Shown here in pieces: positions 1-11,481 of a stretch of DNA of 64,000 nucleotides (position 1 is its first letter; each line of letters opens with the position of its first letter). The notes below the pieces were generated by a model. The model was given only the letters and a program-made list of their open reading frames with translations. It was not told where the DNA came from and ran no database searches. The position numbers and the translations under genes are program-made. The DNA comes from Sphyrna mokarran (Eukaryota). The stretch lies in NCBI GenBank assembly GCA_024679065.1, contig JAGIQG010000014.1, positions 19,034,001 through 19,098,000 on the forward strand. The letters are read 5' to 3'.

Positions 1-949
1 CTGTGATCTCCGAGCTCCCATCTACACTCCAGCTGCTAACCAATGCTTTTACAATCATTCATATGCCTCCCGGCATCAATAAATTAAACTGTCCAAAATC
101 ACAATGATGCTGTCACCAGACCCTTCCTTCTTTTTTCCATTACTTTTTTTTCCTTCTTTTAAAACAGCTTTAGAGACCACAATCCCAGGTACGACCCTGT
201 TAAAACACAGGCTGTAGATTCCCAGTGGGACCAAGATCTGGAGAGCAAAGTTATTGGTTTCGTGTCCGGTTCTGGGGTGACAGGGCACAAACAAAATTAT
301 GTCTGCAACAGTGCAGCTTGGTGGTTATTAACTCGGTGTCCTTGACATGTACAACACTGTTCTAAACAAGAATCTTTGCTGCTTTTCAAAGAGCAAGCGC
401 CACAGTTTAGTATTTCATTCCGCATCACTTTGCAAACTACATTGCAAACTGTGCAATTAAGTTTTGCTACAATTAGGTGTTTATTCGATCTGCAGATATG
501 CAAAAAAAGGACTGTTTCAGCCTCAATTTCTACTGGACATACCGATTCGTGTGCTGCAGTCATTGACGAACCTTCGATACCTCACTCAGGTCAGTCGTTC
601 TCTATGTGCATGTCTAGACGAGTTGCCATGTTCAGATTTTTGCGACGTTTCGATGTTGGAGACCCCATTGTGTGAACCTATGGTTTTTGTTTTGAATCCT
701 GCCTCTACACACATTCATTCCAATCAGATGGATATGTAGCAATTCGGAATAGACAGCCTTATTGACCTTTCACATTCCAAACTAAGGGCCACTGATCTGG
801 CACATAAATTCCACATCCACCCTCTGCCTGAGATCAGTTAAATCCACATTTCCCCGTCAAACAAATCCAGCATCTTCTTGTCTTTCTGGCTTGATACTAT
901 ATACGGCTATGACCTTTACCTACTGTGCTAAATCAATAAAAGTCTACGT

Positions 950-1079
950 CCTGAACGTTACCACCGTTCATGGCGGCAAGAATTTCCATCTCACTGCAGT
1001 GAGCAGAGATTTGGTTGGGTGCCAAATTCTCCAACCTCACTTCAGCAGGAGCATATCATGAATGACCAGTAAAATCACA
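950..1079. mobile_element. Degenerate MITE-like non-autonomous DNA transposon
   Basis: Internal hairpin motif (gagatttggttgggtgccaaattctc) is related to the segment at 32600-32680; ends resemble the imperfect TIRs of other MITEs in the window. Confidence 0.45.
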
Positions 1080-1221
1080 GTAAGAAGGCTGACAACACCA
1101 GGTTTAAATCCAACCGACAGTGACGAGTTTACTATCAAATAAATCGGTTGGATTTAAATGTGGAGTTGTCAGACTTCTTACCGTGTTTATCCCAGTCCAA
1201 CGCCAGCATCTCCACATCATG
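1080..1221. mobile_element. Penelope-like element terminal (pseudo-LTR) fragment in inverted arrangement
   Basis: gtaagaaggctgacaacaccaggtttaaatccaaccga is followed by its near reverse complement; same terminal sequence as 39380-39457, which follows a GIY-YIG-type C-terminus; flanked by duplicated agtaaaatcaca (1068-1079, 1222-1233). Confidence 0.75.
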
Positions 1222-1414
1222 AGTAAAATCACATCTCGGGTGTTCTAACCATTCAGTACCTGAGTGATGGACATAGTGAAGGCTCATCTGCAAACTAGAA
1301 AGTTCCTATTAATGGGTGCTATCTATAAATACCCTACTCCAACCAGAGCTGTAACTGGCCAGAAAAACCTTCAGAAACTGGTCAACGTGCACTATTAAGC
1401 AACCTCAGCAATCT

Positions 1415-1788
1415 AATCACGCAAACCAGCCTCCCATCCATTGACTTCGTCTACACTTCCCACTGTCTTGGCAAAGTAGCCAGTATAATTAAGGACCCCC
1501 CATACCCTGTTCATATTCTCATCCACCTTCTTCCATTGGGAAAAAGATATAAAAATCTGAGGTCACATACCAACCGATTCAAGGACAGCTTCTTCCCTGC
1601 TGCCATCAGATTTTTGAATGGACCTACTTTGCATTAAGTTGATCTTTCTCTACATGCTAGCTATAACTGTAATTCTACACTCTCTCATTTTTTTCTCTAT
1701 GACTAGTATGCTTTGTTTGCATGGTGTGCAAGAAATAATACTTTTCATTGGATTCTAATACATGTGACAATAATAAATCAAATCAAAA
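1415..1788 (+). mobile_element. Rex1/Babar-like LINE 3' fragment
   Basis: Conceptual translation ITQTSLPSI...IIKDP...LLPLGKRYKNLRSHTNRFKDSFFPAAIRFLN; tail tgtgacaataataaatcaaatcaaa; aatctaatc occurs at both flanks. Confidence 0.8.
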
Positions 1789-1819
1789 TCTAATCCTAGA
1801 AGCATTAATAATAAATAAT

Positions 1820-2200
1820 AAAGCATTTATATAGCACCTTTTATGACTTAAGAGGTCCAAAAGAGTTCTGCAGCCAATGAAATATCTATTGAGATGCAGC
1901 CACTGCTGTATGGTAGAAAACACTGCAATCAATCTGTGTATGACAATCTTCTTATGGCCAGATCATCTCTGTGTGAATGTGCTGGTTAAACCATAATATT
2001 GGCCAGGATACTTGGAAGACAACACATCCCCACAGCCCCCATTGTCCCCATACCTGTGGCCTTTCTACTTTTGCAATAGGACCATTGCTTTCTTTACATC
2101 TGCCTGAAATGACTGACAAGGGCTTAGGTTAGTATATCATCTGAAAATAGCACCTCTGACACCAGTGCCCCTGTTCAGCACCAATATGCCAGCCTAGATT
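1820..2200 (-). mobile_element. Deu-domain SINE (SacSINE1/AmnSINE-like), old copy
   Basis: Reverse complement carries cattggctgcag...ggtgctatataaatgc 3' end, matching other copies (9970, 49720, 62940). Confidence 0.65.
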
Positions 2201-2342
2201 AGCTGTTGAATTTACAAACTTCTGGCAACTTTCAGCTGCGGGCTTGAATGCAGCAAGTATGCATTAAAATAGATTCCTGTCAGGTGGGAATGATAAGATG
2301 AGTGGATGTTCAAAAGGGAGTCAACCAAGATGAACCAGAAAC

Positions 2343-2410
2343 GTGTGTGCGTGTGTGTGTGCGTGTGTGCGTGTATATGTGTGTGTGTGCGTGTATGTGT
2401 GTGTGTATGT
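2343..2410. repeat. Imperfect (GT)n microsatellite
   Basis: Directly visible dinucleotide run. Confidence 0.97.
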
Positions 2411-2527
2411 CCCACATCTCAAATGAAGACCCCCTCCCACTTGCACTACTGTAGCCGCCTAAAACTTTCATTTCATGTCAGTCAGGGCACACAGTTCTGT
2501 TAGAATACAACTGCTGCCTACCCAACA

Positions 2528-5164
2528 AGAACATAGAACATTACAGCACAGAACAGGCCCTTCGGCCTTCGATGTTGTGCTGACCAATATAAAAAGCAAT
2601 GACCCTCCAAACTAAACCATTCCCTTCTCTTCCATATACTTGTCAACTAACCTCTTAAACACCACCAAACTTGGCGCATCTACAACTGCTGCAGGCAGGG
2701 CATTCCATTCCCGAACCACCCTTTGGGTAAAGAACCTACCTCTGATATCCGTCCTATAACTATCACCCCTTAATTTAAAGCTGTGTCCCCTTGTGCTAGC
2801 TTTCTCATCCTAGGAAAAAGGCTATCACTGTCCACCCTATCTAAACCTCTAATCATCTTATATGTTTCGATTAGGTCCCCTCTTAGCCGCCTCCTTTCTA
2901 ACGAAAACAACCTCAACTCCCTCAGCCTCTCTTCATAAGACCTGCCCTCCATACCAGGCAACATCCTGGTAAACCTCCTCTGTACCCTCTCCAATGCCTC
3001 CACATCCTTCTTATAATGTGGGGACCAGAACTGCACACAATACTCCAAGTGCGGCCGCACTAGAGTTTTGTACAGTTGCAACATGACGTTGCGGCTCCGA
3101 AATTCAATCCCCCTACCAGTAAAAGCTAAGACTCCATATGCCTTCTTAACAACCTTATCGACTTGATTGCCAACTTTCAGGGATCTATGCACATTTACAC
3201 CAAGATCCCTCTGTTCATCAACACTATTAAGAATCCTACCATTAGCCCTATACTCTACACATTTATTATTCCTGCAAAAGTGCATTACCTCACACTTTTC
3301 CACATTAAACTCCATTTGCCACCTCTCGGCCCAGCTCTGCAACTTGTCCAAGTCTCTCTGCCAACTATAACACCCCTCTTCACTATCTACCACTCCACCG
3401 ACTTTAGTGTCATCTGCAAATTTACTAATCCATCCTTCAATACCCTCATCCAGATCATTTATAAAAATTACAAACAGCAGGGGCCCCCAAACAGACCCCT
3501 GAGGTACACCACTTGTCACCGAACTCCACGATGAATATCTCCCATCAACCACCACCCTCTGTCTTCTATCTGCTAGCCAATTCCTAACCCAATTAGCTAA
3601 ATCACCCTCTATCCCATACATCTGCATTTCCTGCAGAAGTCTTCCATGGGCCACCTTATCAAACGCCTTACTAAGTCCATATATACCACATCAACCGCCT
3701 TATCCCCATCCACCTCTTTGGTCACTTTTTCAAAAAACTCAATGAGGTTAGTAAGGCACGACCTACCCTTCACAAAACCATGCTGACTACCCCCAATCAC
3801 TTCATTTCTCTCTAAATAACTATAAATCCTATCCCTAATAATTCTCTCCAATACTTTGCCCACAACAGAAGTAAGACTCACTGGCCTATAATTCCTGGAA
3901 GGTCTCTCTTCCCCTTCTTGAACAATGGGACCACATTCGCTATCCTCCAGTCCTCCGGAACCACACCCGTAACCAACGACTACCTGAAGATCAGAGCCAG
4001 AGGCTCTGCAATCTCCTCTCTTGCCTCCCAGAGAATCCTAGGGTAAATCCCGTCCGGCCCAGGGGACTTATCCAACTTCAAACCCTCGAGAATATCTAGC
4101 ACATCCTCCCTATCTACTACAATACTTTACAGTTTGCTACCCTGTACCTCAGTGTTCTCCATAACTACATTTACATCACCCTGTGTGAATACCGAAGAGA
4201 AATATTTATTCAGTGCCTCTCCAATCTCTTCAGGCTCCACGCACAACTTCCCCCTGCTGTCTGTGACTGGCCCTAATCTTGTCCTAACCAATCTTCTATT
4301 CTTAACATATCTAAAGAAAGCTTTAGGATTCTCCTTAATCCTATCAGCCAAAGTCTTCTCGTGTCCCCTCTTATCTCTCCTCAATTCACTCTTTAGCTCC
4401 CTCCTGGCTAATCTATAGCTATCCATTGCACTAACTGAGCCTTCAAGCCTCATCCTGACATAAGCCTCCTTTTTCCTTTTAACCAGCAAATCAACTTTTT
4501 TCGTACACCAAGGTTCTCTTACTCGACCATTTCCTCCTTGCCTGACAGGGACATACTTATCAAGGACTCGCAGCAGCTGCTCCTTGAATAAGCTCCACAT
4601 TCCAGATGTTCCCAGTCCCTGTAGTTTCCTAGTCCAATCTATGCACCCTAATTCTCCCCTGATGGCCTCATAATTACCCTTCCCCCAGCTATAACTACTG
4701 CCCCCAGCCTCACGCCTATCCCTGTCCATCACTAAGGTGAACGTAACCGAATTGTGGTCACTATCACCAAAATGTTCACTAACTTCCAAGCCTAACACCT
4801 GGTCTGGCTCATTGCCCAGCACCAAATCCAATGTAGCCTCACCTCTAGTTGGCCTATCTACATACTGAGTCAAAAAACCTTCCTGCACACTTTGTACTAA
4901 AACTGACCCCTCTAACGAGCTAGAGCTATAGCTATTCCAATCAATATTAGTAAAAGTTAAAGTCCCCCATAACAATTACCCTATTACTTTCACTCCTGTC
5001 CAGGATTGACTTTGCAATCCTTTCCTCTACCTCTCTAGAACTTTAGGAGGTCTATAAAAGACTCCCAACAGGGTGACCTCTCCTCTCCTGTTTCTAATCT
5101 CAGCCCATACTACCTCAACAGACACGTCTTCATCAAATTTCTTTTCTGTCACTGTGATACAGTC
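2528..5164 (-). mobile_element. Young CR1 (HER1-like) LINE, 5'-truncated, ORF2 broken
   Basis: Near-identical to the reverse complement of 41853-44500; (GTTCTAT)n tail; ORF2 split into 4127-4975, 3609-3881, 2770-3654. Confidence 0.97.
2611..5164 (-). pseudogene. Disrupted CR1 ORF2 (endonuclease-RT)
   Basis: ORF pieces contain SDH, QHGF, GVPQGS, FADD motifs but are separated by frameshifts and stops relative to the 922 aa copy. Confidence 0.92.
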
Positions 5165-6104
5165 CTACTATCGGACCATTTGTCCACATTACCCAGTCAT
5201 TTATTCACTCCACTAAGGAATACATGGACACTGAACACAAGAAGCCAAAGGAAAACCAGATGGTGCAGCATTGAAATATAAACAAACAAAAAGTGAGAAA
5301 AGCAAGTTAAATTGATTTACAGTTTAGTCACCAAAAAGCAAATAAAAAGATGTGGAAAGTCACTTTCAGAAAGATTGAAAGGAAACAAACTTCCACAGTA
5401 CCTGTCCCCTAATCACTGTAAAAAAAAAATCTAAAGGCCCACTGATTTAATTACAAGTGCACATTCCATCCTTGAGCACTGGGTGATGTTCCAAATGAAA
5501 AGGAGAAATACCAGGAAAAGAAAAACTAATTATGTAAATTTCAGTAATAGAGTCATAAAGGTGGGAAAATAATCTTTTCATTGCACAAAGGTCAGTATGT
5601 TGAAGAGGTTACTGTCATTGATGATCAAACTAAAATCCTTAATGGGTTTGAAGGAACCAGATAGTTCATATTCACAAATAGGACTTAATACAGGAAACTC
5701 AGCAACACAAGAGACCAATAGGACAGATGACTGAAGTTCTCCACTTGCCTGAAACTCTTACCAATGGAAACACAAAGGACTCCCTGGAACTAGCTGCACA
5801 CACAGACTGGCTGGCACAGGAGGCTGGGGATGGGAGGGAGGGACGGTTTCCCTTGGAGCAAAGTCAACAAGAAGCGACTGATAACTTCACTGGAGATTTG
5901 CAGACCCAGACCTTGCTGTAAATTGGAATGATTTGGCTAATGGAAGTTTTCTGGGAAATTGGAGGAAATGGAATAAAAGATTGGCAAGTTTGTCTCTCTC
6001 TACCCTAATTCTATTGCATCTCAGAGACAGCATTTCTACCCATTCTGGGTCCTTTCAAACTCTTCATCAGCACTGCTTTTTTTTAGTCATTCAATACGGG
6101 GAGT

Positions 6105-6257
6105 CCGTTAACTTAGTTGGCTGGACAGCTGGTCCGTGATGCAGAGCGAAGCCAACAGCACATGCAATCTCTGTACCAGTTGAGGTTATTCATGAAGGCC
6201 GCACTATCTCAATCTTGCCCCTCATCTCTGGTCATCTGGGACTATGGCTACTTTACT
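6105..6257 (+). mobile_element. tRNA-derived SINE (internally deleted), same family as 52078-52297
   Basis: Shared agttggctggacagct...gtgatgcagag...aggttattcatgaa...tggtcatctgggact with the 52 kb copy; A-box-like head. Confidence 0.7.
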
Positions 6258-6639
6258 GTTATTATACTGGCTCTTCCCTGCAACATCAAACTTGGCCTAT
6301 AGTCAACCATTCCTAACGACGTAAAGTCACATCATTCCTCAATAATTTGTGATCCCAGCACACAGTTTTAGTGATGTGATATGGATGAGAATGCATGCCT
6401 GGTTTCACACACCAATCTTAAGGTGCAGTGTCGTGTCCCAAAATGAAAACTACAACTCTGGGAAGATAAATGCAATAAATATATTTCCACAAATGGGGAA
6501 GGGCAGTATCATTAGTGCCTGTCCCTTCATCAAGTAGTAGTTGCTGCAAGTAAAAAGCTTCATTTTCATCTCAGCTTTTTATCAGTCAAGTGATTGGTTG
6601 TCACATACACTGATATCCATAGAGCTTTCAGCATGTGGG

Positions 6640-6820
6640 AGCATTGAGATTGAGGCCCCAATCTATAGACTTCAGTACTGCGAAGTACTGGCAGGGTGCT
6701 GCATTGTTGTGGGTGCCATATTTTCAATGAGATGTCAAACCAGGGCTATGTTTAATCTGTCAGGTTGACATTAAAAAAAATGCATGACACAATTTCAAGG
6801 AAGAAAAGTTCTCACCAATG
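6640..6820 (+). mobile_element. Deu-domain SINE fragment
   Basis: gtgctgcattgttg...tttcaatgagatgtcaaaccaggg...gaagaaaagttctc resembles 63060-63220. Confidence 0.5.
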
Positions 6821-6821
6821 T

Positions 6822-9382
6822 CAAAGAACAAAGAACAAAGAAAATTACAGCACAGGAACAGGCCCTTCGGCCCTCCAAGCCTGCACTGACCATGCTGCCC
6901 ACCTGAACTAAAACTTCTTTTCCTTCCAGGGACCATATCCCTCTATTCTCATCCTATTCATGTATTTTTCCAGGCACCCCTTAAAAGTCATGTTCGTATC
7001 TTTTTCTACTACCTGCCCTGGCAGCAAGTTCCAGGACCCTCCACCCTCTGTGTTAAAAAAACTTGTCTCATACATCTGTAAACATTATCCCTCGCTATTA
7101 TTCACTGTTCCACTCTGAGAAAAAATTTCTGACTATCCATTCTGTCCATGCCCCTCATAATTTTGTAGACTTCTATTAGGTTTCGTGAGAACAAACCAAG
7201 TTTCTCCAACTTCTCCTCATAGCTAATGCCCTCCATCCCAAGCAACATCCTGATAAATCTTTTCTGTAGCCTCTTCAAAGCCTCTACATCCTTCTGGAAA
7301 TATGGCAACTAGATTTGAATACAATATTCCAAGTGTGGCCTAATTAAGGTTCTATTAAGCTCAATATGAATTACCAAGTTTTAAACTCAATGCTCCAGCC
7401 AATGAAGGCAAGCATGCTGTATGCCTTCTTCTTGACTACTTTTTCCACCTGCATTGCTATTTTCAGTGACCTGTCTGGCTGTACACTCAGATCCCTCTGC
7501 CTATCAATATTCCGCAGCGTTCTGCCATTTACTGTATATATCCCATCTGTATTAGACCTTCCAAAATGCATTACCTCACATTTGTCTGGATTAAACTCCA
7601 CCTGCCATCTCTCTGTCCAAGTCTCCAACCAATCTATATCCTGCTGTATCCCCTAAAGGTCCTCATCACTATCTGCACTTCCACCAACTTTTGTGTTGTC
7701 CGCAAACTTATAAATCAAACTAATTACATTTTCCTCCAAATATATATTAAAAACAGCAAAAGTCTCAGCACTGATCCCTGAGGAGTGCCACTAGTCATAG
7801 TCCTTTATTCAGAAAAGCACCTTTCCCCTGCTACCTTCTGTCTTCTATGATCGATTGTAATTACCTGGATTATTCTTGCTATCCTTTTTAAGCAAAGGAA
7901 TATAATTGACTACTCTCCAGTCCTCTGGGATCTTCCCTGTAGTCTGTGAAGATACAAAAATTCCTCTCAAAGCCCCACCAGGTTCAGTATTCTTGGATAT
8001 TTCCCATCAGGCTATGGGGACTCAATGTTTCTCAAGACCCCAGGTGGATCATGGAGGTTGCAGATAGTGTGACATGAACCCAAGATCCTGGTTGAGGGCA
8101 TCCTCGTGTGTGCGGAACTTGGCTATCAGTCTCTGCTCAGCGATGCTGAGCTATCGTGTGTCGTGAAGGCCACCTTGGATTGAGTTTGTATCACTACATG
8201 CTCCATTTGTGAATAGAACTTTCACTCGCCTGATGAAGAGGCAGCAAGCACTCCAAAAGCTAGTGCCTTTTGCTATCAAATAAATCTGTTGGACTTTAAC
8301 CTGGTATTGGGAGACTTCTTACTATTCTATGACCGAGCCAGTTCTGTATCCACCTTGCCAGCTCAACTCTGAGACTTCACCTTCTGTACCAATCCGCCAT
8401 GAGGGATGTTGTCAAAGGCCTTACTGAAGTCCATGTAGACAACATCTACTGTTCTACCCTCAACAATTATCTTCATCACTTCTGAAAAACGAATCAAATT
8501 AGTGAGACACAACTTTCCCTTCACAAAACCATGGTGCTTCTTGCTAATATATCCATTTATTTCCAATGGGAATAAATCCTGCCTCGAAGAATTCTCTCCA
8601 ATAATTTCCCTACCACTGATGTAAGGTTCAGTAGTCTGTCATTACCTGGATTATCCTTGCTATCCTTTTTAAACAAAGAAACAACATGGGCTATTCTCCA
8701 ATCCCCTGGCACCTTCCCTGTAGCCAGTGAAGGTATAAAGATTCCTCTCAAGGCCCCACCAATTTCAGTATCCTGGGGTATTTCCCATCAGACCCTGGGG
8801 ACTCAATGTTTCTCAAGATCCTCAATACTTCCTCGCTTTTGACCTCAATATGACCCAAACTATCTGCACACCCTTCCCCCAGACTCATCATCCACAAAGT
8901 CCTTCTCTTTGGTGAATACTGCCGCAAAATACTCATTTAATACCTCACCCATTCCCTCTGACTCCATGCATAGATTCCCTCCCCTGTCCTTGAGTGAACC
9001 AACCCTTTCCATGACTACTCTCTTGCTTTTATTGATATACCAATAGCCTTTGAATTTTCCTTAATCTTGCAGGCCAATGACTTTTAGCCCTCCTGATTCT
9101 TTGCTTAAATTTCCTTCTACTTTCCTTGTATTCCATGCTTGCTTCATGTGTTCCCAGCCTCCTAGCCTTGACAAATGATCCCTTCTTTTTTTTGACTAGG
9201 CTCACAACACCTCTCATTATCCAAGATTCCCAAAACTTGCCATACTTATCTTTCATCCTACAGGAATGTGCCGGTTCAGAATTCCTATCAATTTATACTT
9301 GGAAGCTACCCCAGGCCAGATGTTGATTTGCACTCGAGGATCCGCTCCCAAGCTACATCCTTCAGTTTCTGTCTAATACTGT
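6822..9382 (-). mobile_element. Older CR1 LINE, ORF2 pseudogenised, with nested insertion at 7855-8324
   Basis: (CAAAGAA)n tail; ORF-track peptides WQVEFNPDKCEVMHFG, HGFVKG, DFSKAFD, LTSVVGKLLE. Confidence 0.93.
8041..8323. mobile_element. Penelope-like element fragment (GIY-YIG C-terminus on minus, terminal repeat on plus)
   Basis: Minus strand of 8050-8180 reads QGGLHDTR*LSIAEQRLIAKFRTHEDALNQDLGFMSHYL; followed by ggactttaacctggtattgggagacttcttac terminal motif in the opposite orientation. Confidence 0.8.
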
Positions 9383-9640
9383 TTTTGTCTTGGACGATGT
9401 TTGTTGATCAACCAGCATCACTATGAAAAATAAATGGTCTGGTGATTTTCACATGGTTCATTGTGGAACTTTGTTGCTGACAGCAACATTTCCTTATTAA
9501 AACAGTATCTACATATCAATTGCTGATACTGTAAAAGATGCATTTTAAACAAGTGTTTTCCATCACTGTATCCATAATTGGCAAACATAGATGTCCAGTC
9601 CACATACCTGGGTCTCTGTATAGTTTAATGGGAGAGCATG

Positions 9641-9832
9641 CCTGGAATTTTCCAGCATCCCCTGTGGCGGATTTTCCTGCCACTAGCTGCCGGTGAGATT
9701 ATCCAGTCCCACTAAAACCAATTGGCAATTTTCATGCCTCACCCATCCTGCCTCAGGGAACCCAGGACTGGAGGTCAGCTTCAGCAGAACCAAAAGATTC
9801 CGCTGATGGGAAGGACTGGAAAATTGCATTCC
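9641..9832. mobile_element. MITE-like element
   Basis: Imperfect TIRs aattttccag ... ctggaaaatt. Confidence 0.55.
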
Positions 9833-9969
9833 ATATGTGCATGCTGGAAAGAGCCAAGGTTTGCAGCTCCTAGCCACGCACAGGCATCTTAACCAGCTGA
9901 AACTGAAAGAAAGATTATGATTTTCCAATCCTACACACCACGAGGCAGAACTGGAAAATCCTGACCAAA

Positions 9970-10380
9970 GACTTGCATTCATGTAACACCTTTCAGAATC
10001 TCAGGATGTTCTAAAGCACCATACTGCCAATGAAGTACTTTTATTTTTAAAAGTATGGGCATTGTTGCAATTTGTGCACAGCAAGCTCCCACAAATAACA
10101 ATGTGGTAATGAAAATGGCCTACAATTTATGATGTTAATCCAGGGCCAGACATTGGCCAACAATCCGCATCTACTCATCTCCAAAATAACGCTATGGAAT
10201 CTTTCACCTAAGAGAGGAGGCGGGCTCTGGCTTAAAGTCTCATCTGAAGCTGGCAACTCTGGTAGTGCAGCATCCGCTCAGCACTGCACTGGTGTATCAG
10301 CCTAGACTTTAGAGTTCCTTTGGAAATGTGATGTGAATCCACAATCTTCTGGATCATGAGTGTTACCGACTGAGTCACGG
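9970..10380 (-). mobile_element. Deu-domain SINE
   Basis: Reverse complement contains cattgttatttgtgggagcttgctgtgcacaaattg and aaaagtacttcattggc, the conserved core and 3' region. Confidence 0.8.
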
Positions 10381-11244
10381 CATACATTAAGTTATGATAA
10401 AGCATTGGCTTTGCACTGCTTGTTTAGCTGGGCCCACCCTACTCTTTAGTTAATAATGTCTTGCCCATCAGTCCTCAGCCTGGCCCCAAGGATGCACCCA
10501 GAAGTACTGGCATAAGCATTCACATTCATCAGCAGTTAGCGAATTTACAGCAGGTAATTTGCGTTCAGGGAAATTTGTTGATTGCATTTATTAAAGTGCT
10601 ACGCGCTAAATGTGCTGATGCAGAAACAAACTGATGTGGAATATTAAAGGACAGGCTGTTGTACGCAGATGATGACTGTACAGGGATTTTAAACCACATG
10701 ATGCTTGTACTTACCCAACATTCAGTAAATTTTTGCTGCTGAGTTTTGGAAACAAATCTCAATCTTTTGTTTTCAAGTGAGACGCAATGACCTCATTCAC
10801 TCATTTATATATTGGGTATCCTGATTTAATTTATCACTTTACTGTAAGGCTTTGTTGCACACTTAGCAATAGCATAAAAAATAAGACACAATTTTAGAAG
10901 TCTGATCAAGTATCAATTTGGGTAATAATTGATTCTTATTACAGATATCACACAGAGCTGTGAAAACTGAAAGGAATCTGAGCTCAAAGATAGAATTGAC
11001 TCAATGCACCTACCGCAAGAACATGCCTCCAACAAAAGAGATTCAAAAAGCAACTTATTCAGAAGGGGATATGAGACTGGACAGAGGATGTCCTTTCTAG
11101 GACTGATAGCATATCCATCATCACTTTTACACTGACTGCAAATCTCTCTTTGTAGGTTGGGTGTTTGCTTGTGAATGATACCTTGTGATAGAACAACGAG
11201 GGGAATGGAGAATTGGAACTTGATGAAGGTCTCTACTTAAAGTT

Positions 11245-11481
11245 TATTTGATTTGATTGGAATTTTTTTGATTTTTATTTGATTTTGTTCTTGAGTCGAT
11301 TGGTCTGTGATCTCAGACTTATATATTCTGATGGAAGAAGGTGGAAGAGAGTATGTCTGAGATGAGTGGGGTCCTTGATGATGCTGACTGTTTTTCTGAG
11401 GCAACTCAAAGTATAGACAGTGTCAATGGGTGGAAGGCTGGTTTGAATGATGGACTGGACTTCATTCACAGCTCTTTGTAG
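11245..11481 (-). mobile_element. Rex1-like LINE 3' fragment
   Basis: ORF 11275-11469 (IIQTSLPPIDTVYT...IIKDPTH...LFHLLPS) is homologous to 1415-1620. Confidence 0.8.

Noticed and set aside
2212-2503. ORFs with HT or CV dipeptide repeats
   Set aside because: They are translations of the (GT)n microsatellite; the same applies to 57929-58394.
3163-4418. 94-123 aa ORFs recurring at 42600-43857 and 59835-60029
   Set aside because: They are antisense shadows of CR1 ORF2 and recur only because the element is repeated.
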